Counted from the stretch's first letter, positions 6,429 to 14,733 are shown. The stretch: DNA of 63,266 nt from an uncultured Candidatus Saccharibacteria bacterium (GCA_964565825.1 CAZMGK010000005.1:1-63266), one strand, 5' to 3'. The notes: generated by a model not told the origin, from the letters alone. A program made the numbers and translations.

Positions 6429-6797
6429 TTACTTTTTTGCGATATTTTCAAGGATGATAGTAGTACCTTCTAATCTATAGCTAAATGACGCACTTCCAGT
6501 TATGTGTCCATCTTCGTATGACATCGTGCCTGTTTTTAGGCTTGAGTCAATAACGACACTCGTCACGTACCAGGTACCGCCGAGCACTGCTTCTTCTGGT
6601 GCGAGTGTAACGATATTTTTTCGAATATATGTTTCAACAAGTGCCTGCTCGTCGACTTCCTGTTCGACTATAGGTAGAGTTGGTGCAACACTTGTTTTTT
6701 GACCCCAGAATATCATCCAGAAACCAACACCTAAAATCACGAGAATCATCGCGAGTGTCTTACTATGGATTGGGTTTTTTTGTTGAGATTGTGACAT
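6429..6797 (-). CDS. Hypothetical membrane-anchored protein (122 aa)
   Basis: One TM helix (LAMILVILGVGFWMIFW). Its first ~19 codons are homologous to the DUF2132 gene start. Confidence 0.55.
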   Translation of the reverse strand: MSQSQQKNPIHSKTLAMILVILGVGFWMIFWGQKTSVAPTLPIVEQEVDEQALVETYIRKNIVTLAPEEAVLGGTWYVTSVVIDSSLKTGTMSYEDGHITGSASFSYRLEGTTIILENIAKK

Positions 6798-6841
6798 ATA
6801 GTACTCTGCTATTACAAATTAAAAATATCGTGGACATTTTA

Positions 6842-7114
6842 TCATTCTAGCATTTTGCAAAATGCTAGAATAGATTGAGCGCGAGGAGTGAGTTTGTGAC
6901 GAACATTTGGACCGTCGCTCCGTTTCATAATAAGTCCAGCTGTAGCCATTTTACGAATATGATCAGAGGTGTTTTCGTACCCTATTTTGAGCTTGTCGGA
7001 GATTTGCTGTACAGATAATTCTGGTTCCCTATCAAGTAGTTCTAAAATTTTAATTCGATTATGATTGGCAAATGCTTTCACAACTTGCTCAACTTTTTTA
7101 TACAACATAGCCAT
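6842..7114 (-). CDS. ArsR/SmtB-family winged-helix regulator
   Basis: NHNRIKILELLDREPELSVQQISDKLKIGYENTSDHIRKMATAGLI. Start set at MAMLYKK (7114), with TATAAT 6 nt upstream. Confidence 0.8.
   Translation of the reverse strand: MAMLYKKVEQVVKAFANHNRIKILELLDREPELSVQQISDKLKIGYENTSDHIRKMATAGLIMKRSDGPNVRHKLTPRAQSILAFCKMLE
6844..6871. promoter_or_regulatory. 28-nt perfect palindrome attctagcattttgcaaaatgctagaat (copy at the arsR-like 3' end)
   Basis: 31 nt (6841..6871) are identical to 7128..7158. It contains back-to-back TGCTAGAAT extended -10-like boxes. Confidence 0.6.
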
Positions 7115-7121
7115 GTTTCTA

Positions 7122-7167
7122 TTATATATCATTCTAGCATTTTGCAAAATGCTAGAATGATATATAA
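7122..7167. promoter_or_regulatory. 46-nt perfect palindrome overlapping the arsR-like promoter (probable operator / divergent promoters)
   Basis: ttatatatcattctagcattttgcaaaatgctagaatgatatataa, checked base by base around the centre at 7144/7145. Confidence 0.65.
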
Positions 7168-7217
7168 AAACATGGAATACAAAAAAAATACCTTAACTTA
7201 AGTAGTGTATATAGCAA

Positions 7218-7250
7218 AAACAGCGCGCGGACTTCGTCCGCGCGCTGTTT
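7218..7250. terminator. 15-bp GC hairpin terminator
   Basis: aaacagcgcgcggac-ttc-gtccgcgcgctgttt, downstream of 7286..7627 (-). Confidence 0.75.
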
Positions 7251-7285
7251 TGTTGTTGTTTTGTTTGTTTATTTTTCTCCCTCAC

Positions 7286-7627
7286 CTACATCACCGTCGT
7301 TGTTTCTTCTTTCGTATGAGTCAATACAGTACCACCTTGTGCGAGTTTCGCATGTGCATCAGCAAGCATCACCTTATGATCATCGAGCTCTTTTCGAAGT
7401 GCATGATTATTGTGGTTCAACTTTGACTCTGTCATCATGCCTTTAAAAAATGCAGAAATTGACATAAGTAAACTAATCACAATACCGACAAGCACCGCGA
7501 CAATAACAATAAATGCAAGTGGTCCTTGGAAACTCCATCCCAAAAACGTCACCATTACCGGTGCGACATTTTGCAATGCAAATACCACCACTGCTCCTCC
7601 CAACAAAATTCCAATTATAAATGACAT
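7286..7627 (-). CDS. LapA/DUF1049-like small membrane protein
   Basis: Two TM helices (IIGILLGGAVVVFALQN.., LAFIVIVAVLVGIVISLL) followed by a coiled tail. Confidence 0.55.
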   Translation of the reverse strand: MSFIIGILLGGAVVVFALQNVAPVMVTFLGWSFQGPLAFIVIVAVLVGIVISLLMSISAFFKGMMTESKLNHNNHALRKELDDHKVMLADAHAKLAQGGTVLTHTKEETTTVM

Positions 7628-7769
7628 ACGCTATTCTCGTTTATCTGATAACTCCGTCGCGCCGCTTGTATATAGTATAGCAGGAAAAGAGGGATAAAAC
7701 GTTGGTTGTGGGTTTAGAGTAAAAAATCAAAAGTACCTGACCCCTTTAATTCTAATTTAATTCTTTTTA

Positions 7770-10700
7770 TTAAATTAAACTCTTAATATTATTTACTATT
7801 AGCTCTTTGTTTTCATCATTCTCTATCCACTCTGAGTATCCAATTCTAAAGAATGTCCAACCAGCACTTTCAAGAACTCGTTGTCTCTGTATATCACTCT
7901 CAACGTAAATACCGTACGCCTCGTCTATGTGATCTTTAAAGTGAGTTGGTCCGTCGCACTCAAGAGCTAATTGTTTACCAGTGTTTAAGTTAGTAGCAAC
8001 AAAGTCAATTTTAAAGCCACAACTCTCTACTTGGTTTTGAATAGTGTATCCTTTGCCTAATTTCTTCTTTAGTAGATGATAAAACTCTTCTTCAAAATAA
8101 CTGTCAAACTTCTTCAGCGTAAGTTTTGAGGCTGAGACCTCTCCATTATCTCTGACGTACTCTAGATATTTTTTGATCCAAATACCAGAAGGAACTTTCT
8201 CAATAGGCAAACTCAAAATACAGTGTACTTGTAGTTTTGCACGAGAGAAGGCAACGTTTACTCTACCAGCATTAACATCAGCTCGTATATCACCAGTTTC
8301 TCCAGTCAGAGGGCTGTACTGTTTTTTCTGTGAAGGGTCTCTCATCACGAAAGAATATATTATGATATCTTTCTCATCTCCTTGTATACCTTCAATTACT
8401 GCAATTTTTAACTTATCGCTTTCTTTTATCCTATTATCTTCAAAGACCTTTCTAATTAGTTCTGCTTGATCGTTAAAGAAAGTTAGGACACCAAAAGTCT
8501 TGCCTTCATACTTTGGATCATCAACCATTTCTTGATATAGCTTTAGAGCTTTAAGAGCCTCAGCGTAATTAGTATTATCACTCACTTCTCCTACACCAGT
8601 ATTTTCAATATTATGAATAACCATTATACGGTTAGTATCTTGGTAGGTTAGGTATTTATTGTTTAAAGCTATGAGGCGTTTACCTTTTGGCTCGTAGAAA
8701 TATTTATTACTAAAACCTATAAGTTCCATTGGAGAACGGTAGTGATATTGAAGTATCTTAGGTATTCCAAATCTAGTTTTTGCTATATCTAGGACAGACT
8801 GCACAGCCGTGCCAGTAGGTTTGATCTGTAGACTTTCTGGCACTTTGTAGCGACTAGCAAGCTGGTCAAAGGCTTGGTTTGATTTAAACATTACAGTGCT
8901 GTCTCTCATCTGTTCTGGGTCGCCCACAAAGATAGCTTTCTTAGCTCTATACATTGAAGGGATCGTGTAGGCGATATTACACTGAGACGCCTCGTCAAAG
9001 ACGACATAGTCAAACAAGTTAGCCACTAGAGGTATGAGGCGACTAGCGTCATCTAGATCCATAATCCAAACAGGTACTATATTTAGTATAGTTTCAAAGT
9101 TTGTAGGATCGTTTTTTAACTTATCAAAAGTTTTAAAGGCTTTCTTTGATTTTTTAAATGCTCGCTGTAGCTCTTGAAGTTTTCTATAGATTTTTACCTG
9201 TGATACATTTTTCTTTATGTTATCTTCAATGATGGCAGATAGATACTGAGAGATGATTTCCTTTCTGGTAATTTGATTTTTACCGGTTACTTCTTTCTTG
9301 AGTTTAGATATCTCACTGACTAAGTTAGTTTGATTGTGGTTTAAAGTAATTCGTTCTGACAGTTTCTCTAGTAACTCTGTTACTGTGAGAGATTTATTTT
9401 TCAGAAAACTAAATAGATCAGCTATGTTATCTTTTGAAAGCTCTAAGTTCGTCTCTATTTCTACAAGTAGGTTTTCCAGCTTTTCGTTTTCAATAACTGC
9501 TTCCCAATAGGTACAAAATCCCAGAAGTTCCTCTAATTCTTTAGTCGCATTATGCCTAGAAATATTTTTAGATAGAACATTGTTTATTTCGTCGTATATT
9601 TCTTTGGGTAACTTATTTAGTTGTGATTTAAGTCGCAATTTTCTACTAAGATTATTTATATATCTTCCTAGATTAAAAGACCTATCAAAGCCGGTTTTTC
9701 TAACATCAACAAGGACTGTTTTGATTAATTCTGAAAAAGCACAATCTGAAAAAAGCTTTTTGTCTAATGAATATTTTTTTGATATAGTTTCTAATTCTTT
9801 TATGAGCTTATTGTTTAAAACTATGTTTTCTTGTGTCTTCAAATATGATGTGTGCAGATCATCAGTAAGGTTTGTTAGTATATTTTCTTCTTTTATCTCT
9901 GGTAACTCTCCCAGAAAAGCGTAGTCATTTTTCTTCTGCTCAAGCTCATACACACTTCGTTCTAGAGAAATAGCCTTATCTCTTTTTGAAAAACTATCAT
10001 CAGTATTTTGAGTAAAGTCATTTAGGTTTGTATTATCTTTTGCAATCCCTTTATGAGCACCGTATTTATCCAATGAGGCTAACTGAGAAGATATTGTATC
10101 AGCCTCTTCGTCGGTTGTTTGCTCAAACTTTACGCTAGGAACGTACCCAAATAATAAAGGGACTTCTAGAGTTTTCAGTTTATCTTTTACTACACGTAGA
10201 GCTTGAGGTTTTTGACTTACGAAGAGTACCTTGTGTTTATTAACAGCTAAGTGCGAGATTATATTTGAGATAGTCTCTGATTTTCCTGTGCCCGGAGGTC
10301 CTTGTATTATTGAGGCTTTGTTACCCAAAAGAGAAGTCGTGGCTCGTTGGAACTTGTCATACGGAAATGGGAAATAAAGAGTTTTTTCTTCGCAAACATC
10401 AGAGTTTACGTTTAGTCCATCCTCAGAAAACCAACCAGATAATGACGTGCCTTCTAGTAACTCTTCTTTTCCCCTTGAGAGCTTTGTAAGGTCTTCAACT
10501 AGAAAAAAGTTTGCTCGTGGGGCTAGTGTCAATCTTAGGTCTTCAAGAGTAAATGAGCCCTCATTAAATGTTGCGTCAGTCAGTTTCAGTTTTGCTTTAA
10601 GTACGTGCCATAGATCTACAAATATTTGCTCAGAAGAAATAGGTATTGAAAACCCTCCCTCGCTTTCTAGTTTTACGTAATCATTCAAAAACTCGTAAAC

Positions 10701-11285
10701 CAAGTCTTCTTTTTTGTAAGTTCTAAATATTTCGTACAAAGGAGGTAGGTTTAAGCGAACTTCAAAATCAATCGGCACTATGGAGTATCTGTCTATATTA
10801 TTTTTGTCCTTTTCCTTTTCAATTCTAACTGGTAGGGAAAATAAATAAAATTGTTTTGATACTAGTTTTGCCACTTCTTTTTCTTCAACAGTTTCTTTGG
10901 TATCTATGCCTTCCTCTGTTTCAACTATTGGCTCTTCTAGTACCTCAAAATCAAAACGACCAAAACGTAGTATGGTCTCTTTTGTAAAAGTGTCATTTTT
11001 AGCTTTGCTGTACACTTCATCTATCTGTAAAGCAAGAGCTTTTTCTGTTTTGTATTGATCAGATATTTCCTCAGTAACATCTTTAGGGTCTGTGTTGTAA
11101 TAACACTCAAGATTAACAATCTCGCTTAAAGTACCGTCCGTGTCTCCGTTAATAAGGCTTGGTAGAGATAAATATTTTTGTGGTAGTTTAACGTCTATTG
11201 AAGTACCTCTATTAAACCCAGTCGGTTTTGTAAGACTGAGATATCCCAAACAATATTTAATATATGAATTAAGTGAAAAGTTCAT
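7770..11285 (-). CDS. Upf1/DNA2-like SF1 helicase fused to a C-terminal DUF559/Vsr-like PD-(D/E)xK nuclease domain (1171 aa)
   Basis: Motif I GPPGTGKSETI, motif II DEASQC, QYHYRSP, and VNVAFSRAK. The C-terminus reads KIDFVATN..LALECDGPTHF...QRQRVLESAGWTFFRI. Confidence 0.8.
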   Translation of the reverse strand: MNFSLNSYIKYCLGYLSLTKPTGFNRGTSIDVKLPQKYLSLPSLINGDTDGTLSEIVNLECYYNTDPKDVTEEISDQYKTEKALALQIDEVYSKAKNDTFTKETILRFGRFDFEVLEEPIVETEEGIDTKETVEEKEVAKLVSKQFYLFSLPVRIEKEKDKNNIDRYSIVPIDFEVRLNLPPLYEIFRTYKKEDLVYEFLNDYVKLESEGGFSIPISSEQIFVDLWHVLKAKLKLTDATFNEGSFTLEDLRLTLAPRANFFLVEDLTKLSRGKEELLEGTSLSGWFSEDGLNVNSDVCEEKTLYFPFPYDKFQRATTSLLGNKASIIQGPPGTGKSETISNIISHLAVNKHKVLFVSQKPQALRVVKDKLKTLEVPLLFGYVPSVKFEQTTDEEADTISSQLASLDKYGAHKGIAKDNTNLNDFTQNTDDSFSKRDKAISLERSVYELEQKKNDYAFLGELPEIKEENILTNLTDDLHTSYLKTQENIVLNNKLIKELETISKKYSLDKKLFSDCAFSELIKTVLVDVRKTGFDRSFNLGRYINNLSRKLRLKSQLNKLPKEIYDEINNVLSKNISRHNATKELEELLGFCTYWEAVIENEKLENLLVEIETNLELSKDNIADLFSFLKNKSLTVTELLEKLSERITLNHNQTNLVSEISKLKKEVTGKNQITRKEIISQYLSAIIEDNIKKNVSQVKIYRKLQELQRAFKKSKKAFKTFDKLKNDPTNFETILNIVPVWIMDLDDASRLIPLVANLFDYVVFDEASQCNIAYTIPSMYRAKKAIFVGDPEQMRDSTVMFKSNQAFDQLASRYKVPESLQIKPTGTAVQSVLDIAKTRFGIPKILQYHYRSPMELIGFSNKYFYEPKGKRLIALNNKYLTYQDTNRIMVIHNIENTGVGEVSDNTNYAEALKALKLYQEMVDDPKYEGKTFGVLTFFNDQAELIRKVFEDNRIKESDKLKIAVIEGIQGDEKDIIIYSFVMRDPSQKKQYSPLTGETGDIRADVNAGRVNVAFSRAKLQVHCILSLPIEKVPSGIWIKKYLEYVRDNGEVSASKLTLKKFDSYFEEEFYHLLKKKLGKGYTIQNQVESCGFKIDFVATNLNTGKQLALECDGPTHFKDHIDEAYGIYVESDIQRQRVLESAGWTFFRIGYSEWIENDENKELIVNNIKSLI

Positions 11286-11302
11286 AAAGTTATTTTAACA
11301 TA

Positions 11303-12181
11303 TTACTCCACCGGACAGGTATTTTTACCAATTACCTGATTAAATGCACACCAGCTGAAGATTGCTTCAAAGAGACAGAAACCAGAGAGGAAAATAAGCA
11401 GGATGTTCCAAGTAGTAAGGATAGCGAGCAAAAGGAGGATGATACCGAGCCCTGCGCGGATGAGACGGTCTTGTGTATTGATATTTTTTGAAGCTTTGGC
11501 AGGAGAAGATTTCGCAACTTTTCTCGCAATGAAACGGAAGATAAAACCAAAGATAAAAGCGAGTACATACATAATGACGATAAATCCCCAGCCCATCGGT
11601 GAGAGGATAAAGCCTATTGGAGACTCATTAAAAAAATCTTTCTTCAACTGGGGCACCAGTTTGAGCGCATTCATCCCTTCTTTAAAATCAAACGCTTCTA
11701 TCTCGCCTATAGCGAGAGAATATTTAGTATCGTTTTGTGGACTCGAAACACGGATCTCGTACGTGCCGGGTTCTGCACGGGAGCGGTATTCCGGACCTTG
11801 CCAGTAGGTATCGTGACCGAATGGTTCAAAGAACTTTTTCCAGTCGGAGGAGGGCCCCGCGAGCGTAGCGAGCGGGGCAATCTCTGCTCCTTTTACTCCT
11901 TGGTCATCCACTTTGGTAATGGTCGCAGTGACGTCTTTCTTTTGACCCGCAAGGTCAGGTACCAATACACCGACATACAGATCAAATGCAGTTGCACTCG
12001 TGATCGTGTACACATCAGGTACACCAGTGAGTGTTCCATAATACGCTTTGGAAATTTCAGGACTTTGCACTATCGTCTGTCTACCCTCGACAATACGTGG
12101 CTGATGCGCCGAAGCAAACAGTGGTACAAACAAAAACCCAACGACAAATAACAAGATGCTCTTTTGTGTACTGTATTTCAT
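11303..12181 (-). CDS. Secreted/membrane protein with a DUF2892-like C-terminal TM domain
   Basis: Signal peptide LLFVVGFLFVPLFASA. The C-terminus reads GLGIILLLLAILTTW..SGFCLFEAIFSWCAFN. Start at MKYSTQ, with TGGTATGAT 6 nt upstream. Confidence 0.55.
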   Translation of the reverse strand: MKYSTQKSILLFVVGFLFVPLFASAHQPRIVEGRQTIVQSPEISKAYYGTLTGVPDVYTITSATAFDLYVGVLVPDLAGQKKDVTATITKVDDQGVKGAEIAPLATLAGPSSDWKKFFEPFGHDTYWQGPEYRSRAEPGTYEIRVSSPQNDTKYSLAIGEIEAFDFKEGMNALKLVPQLKKDFFNESPIGFILSPMGWGFIVIMYVLAFIFGFIFRFIARKVAKSSPAKASKNINTQDRLIRAGLGIILLLLAILTTWNILLIFLSGFCLFEAIFSWCAFNQVIGKNTCPVE

Positions 12182-12204
12182 AGACTCATCATACCACAAT
12201 ACAA

Positions 12205-12236
12205 AAACACAAGCGGGAGCTCCGCTTGTGTTTTTT
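12205..12236. terminator. Hairpin terminator
   Basis: cacaagcgggag/ctccgcttgtg with A/T flanks, after 12314..12589 (-). Confidence 0.65.
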
Positions 12237-12313
12237 GAACTATTTTATCTTCAGCACCTTTTCACCTTCTTTCCATTTTGTAGCATCAGCCCAGTCTGAG
12301 GGGTCTTTTTTAC

Positions 12314-12589
12314 TTACTTTTCATTTTTTTTGAGATCTGCGGATTGAATTGGGCTTTGGATTTGAGGTGGGGTCATGTCAATCACACCAAAATTCTTTTC
12401 GTACGCCTGTATTTGACCAGCCAGCCATATCGCAATACTCTTCATCACCTGAGGGGTTGAAGCAAAAGAATCGACATTATTGCCAGAGGTCAATGCAAAA
12501 GAAAATACTTCTTTACTATGTCCACCAAAGGCACCATCACAGAATTTCTTTGGCAATTGGTTTATGTCTATTTTTGTTGGATCAATCAT
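12314..12589 (-). CDS. DUF3467-like small protein
   Basis: 91 aa with FGGHSKEVFSFALTSG and a C-terminal helical part resembling DUF3467. The assignment is tentative. Confidence 0.5.
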   Translation of the reverse strand: MIDPTKIDINQLPKKFCDGAFGGHSKEVFSFALTSGNNVDSFASTPQVMKSIAIWLAGQIQAYEKNFGVIDMTPPQIQSPIQSADLKKNEK

Positions 12590-12623
12590 ATATTTTTATA
12601 ATTACAATAATATAGATAGTGTA

Positions 12624-12665
12624 GCATACTTGCAGAGCAATTAATCTCATTCGGAATGACAATAC
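12624..12665 (+). repeat. Degenerate copy of the ccggaatgacaa repeat family
   Basis: gcatacttgcagagcaattaatctcattcggaatgacaatac compared with catactctcttgcttcgcaattcacctcatccggaatgacaaatac. Confidence 0.45.
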
Positions 12666-12672
12666 GGCAGTA

Positions 12673-12936
12673 CTAACGAATGAAGACCTCAAGCGCGCCG
12701 TCGCCACCATGTTCGCGCTTGGCGGCATTGAAACGGATAGAACGAGCGTTGAGATAGTTTTTTACAAAGTCGCGAAGTACAGGTCCAAAATGTTGTACAC
12801 CACTTCCGGTGATAATACGAATATGTTTGTACTGTCCAATTTTTAAAAGTGCACCGAGTTCCCTCTCGGCTTCGGATGTTGTGTAGCCGTGGAGGTCGAT
12901 AGTGTGGTCTGGAATTTGTGCGTATTTGTTGGACAT
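12673..12936 (-). CDS. Smr-domain protein
   Basis: IDLHGYTTSEAERELGALL...IRIITGSG matches the Smr domain. TGCTACAAT lies 6 nt before the ATG. Confidence 0.8.
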   Translation of the reverse strand: MSNKYAQIPDHTIDLHGYTTSEAERELGALLKIGQYKHIRIITGSGVQHFGPVLRDFVKNYLNARSIRFNAAKREHGGDGALEVFIR

Positions 12937-12954
12937 AAGAATATTGTAGCACGA

Positions 12955-12985
12955 GAAATGGGGCGCCCGAAGGGTGCCCCATTTC
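12955..12985. terminator. Hairpin terminator, paralog of 3517..3548
   Basis: gaaatggggcgcc-cgaa-gggtgccccatttc, after 13002..13499 (-). Confidence 0.7.
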
Positions 12986-13001
12986 TATTACTGCCTGCAT
13001 A

Positions 13002-13499
13002 TTAGAATGGAAATACTGGGAACTTTGGCCAATTGCTCCACATATCTTGGAAGAACTTTTGCTGTGCTTCGAAATATTTCTGCAATGCTTCTTGACGTTT
13101 TTTCATAGAATCTTGCATCTTTTGTAGATCTTCCGCTGTGTACTGTTTGGTTGTTGTCTTCCATTGGCCATTTTCAAACGATGTACTGACTTCGCCCGAG
13201 TAGTTTTCTGGGTAGATAATAGTCACCGAATTGCCGTATGGTGTCTTTTCTGTTTTGATAACTGGTTCCCTTGAGTCTGATTTGACTGTCGATACTGTCG
13301 AGCTCGGTATTGGTGGTGTGGGAGTAGCTACAGTGTCTACTGCCTGATCAGTTTTGGGAGAAGATGCGGTATCATCTTTGATGGCAACATCTTGTGCTGG
13401 CTCAAGAGTCTGAGCGTGAGCTGTGGTGTGTGTGAGGAAACTCATAAACAATACAAAAATGAGTATCACACTACGTATACGAATATGTGTATTTTTCAT
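13002..13499 (-). CDS. Hypothetical secreted protein (165 aa)
   Basis: Signal peptide VILIFVLFMSFLTHTTAHA followed by a Ser/Thr/Pro-rich linker. Confidence 0.6.
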   Translation of the reverse strand: MKNTHIRIRSVILIFVLFMSFLTHTTAHAQTLEPAQDVAIKDDTASSPKTDQAVDTVATPTPPIPSSTVSTVKSDSREPVIKTEKTPYGNSVTIIYPENYSGEVSTSFENGQWKTTTKQYTAEDLQKMQDSMKKRQEALQKYFEAQQKFFQDMWSNWPKFPVFPF

Positions 13500-13662
13500 A
13501 TAGATAATTAATTACTTATTCTTATAATGAACCTCGCTGATATCTCGAGGTGCTACTATTATAAAAAAATGTTTTTTTGAATTCAAGGGCACTTGTGGAA
13601 AATCCAGTAGTAGATTTTGGCGAGGTTTCTTTAAAACGCGCTCTGCTCTTCGCCAAAATTCA

Positions 13663-13785
13663 CTACCGGGTTGCCTTCTTTTCTTGCTCTTCCATATCTT
13701 CAAAAGCTCGATCGAGTAAGTCTTCGAATCCAGCTGGGGCTTTTTCTTTTGGTTTATTATTGTTCACTTTATTTTGATCTGACAT
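13663..13785 (-). CDS. Possible 40-aa acidic protein (below the track cutoff)
   Basis: MSDQNKVNNNKPKEKAPAGFEDLLDRAFEDMEEQEKKATR, with TGCTACAAT exactly 6 nt upstream of the ATG. Confidence 0.35.
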   Translation of the reverse strand: MSDQNKVNNNKPKEKAPAGFEDLLDRAFEDMEEQEKKATR

Positions 13786-13833
13786 AGGGATATTGTAGCA
13801 CAACTAGATCCGAGAGAAAGTACAAAAAAAATG

Positions 13834-13910
13834 CAACTGGATTCCGGATCGAGTACCCCAGGGCATACTCTCTTGCTTCGCAATTCACCTCATCCGGAAT
13901 GACAAATACA
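13834..13910 (+). repeat. ccggaat-box intergenic repeat, copy B1
   Basis: caactggattccggatcgagtaccccagggcatactctcttgcttcgcaattcacctcatccggaatgacaaataca. The ends attccggat and atccggaat are complementary. Confidence 0.7.
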
Positions 13911-13938
13911 GAAGACTCAGGAAGGACAATACAGAGAC

Positions 13939-14050
13939 ACAACTGGATTCCGGATCCCCAGTAGTAAAGCGAAACATACTACGGGGCACGGCGAGTACCC
14001 CAGGGCATACTCTCTTGCTTCGCAATTCACCTTATCCGGAATGACAAATA
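13939..14050 (+). repeat. ccggaat-box repeat, copy B2 (with a ~35-nt hairpin insertion)
   Basis: Same ends and core as B1, with the insert ccccagtagtaaagcgaaacatactacggggcacgg. Confidence 0.7.
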
Positions 14051-14142
14051 CAAAAAAAAGGGGGGCGACTACGTCGCCCCCCCCTCTCTCATGTGGTGTC
14101 TTTTTTTTTGATATTTTGTCACACGTACCCTATACTATATAT

Positions 14143-14733
14143 ATGAAAAAATACACACCACACACTCTCTTGGGAATATATGCATTACTTGTTATTTGGT
14201 CAGGGATCAAACCGTTTGATGTTGCTGTTTGGAAAGTCGAAGCACTCACTTCTTTTGCACCAGTATTGATCCTCATTATTTTGTACATAAAAAAGATTCG
14301 ACTCAGCCCCCTCGCCTACATAATGATGGGAGTATTTCCAATGATGCATATCATTGGTGCGCACTATACATTTGCGAATGTGCCGTTTGATTGGTTCAAC
14401 AACCTCTTTGGTTTTGAACGTAACATGTACGATCGTGTTGCCCACGCAAGTGTTGGATTCTATGCATTTGGTATTATTGAAATGATTATAATTTTAAAAA
14501 CAGCTCGAAGCCGTGCACTCGCGATCTCATATGCACTGTTTGCAATTATTTCTCTCGCAGCTGTATACGAACTCTTTGAATGGTGGTATGCGATCAGTAG
14601 CGACCCAACAGCAGGAATAGCCGTGCTTGGAGCTCAGGGAGATATCTGGGATGCACAAAAAGATATGCTCATGGATACGCTCGGCGCGATATTTGCGATT
14701 GTGGTATATATCATTTTTGGAAGGAAAGACTAA
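14143..14733 (+). CDS. DUF2238 (YjdF-like) membrane protein
   Basis: GAHYTFANVPFDWFNNLFGFERNMYDRVAHASVGF motif and multiple TM helices. TATACT lies 6 nt before the ATG at 14143. Confidence 0.75.
   Translation: MKKYTPHTLLGIYALLVIWSGIKPFDVAVWKVEALTSFAPVLILIILYIKKIRLSPLAYIMMGVFPMMHIIGAHYTFANVPFDWFNNLFGFERNMYDRVAHASVGFYAFGIIEMIIILKTARSRALAISYALFAIISLAAVYELFEWWYAISSDPTAGIAVLGAQGDIWDAQKDMLMDTLGAIFAIVVYIIFGRKD

Noticed and set aside
12689-13000. Track ORF of 103 aa (-), and similarly 13512..13703 (-)
   Set aside because: The first is an out-of-frame overlap of the well-supported Smr gene and the terminator. The second lies in promoter/spacer sequence and overlaps the 40-aa ORF, which has the canonical -10-N6-ATG.
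14060-14082. G/C hairpin ggggggcgac-tac-gtcgcccccc with an upstream A-run
   Set aside because: It would act as a terminator only for minus-strand transcription, and no minus-strand gene lies upstream of it. It may belong to the adjacent repeat copy B2. I did not call it as a feature.
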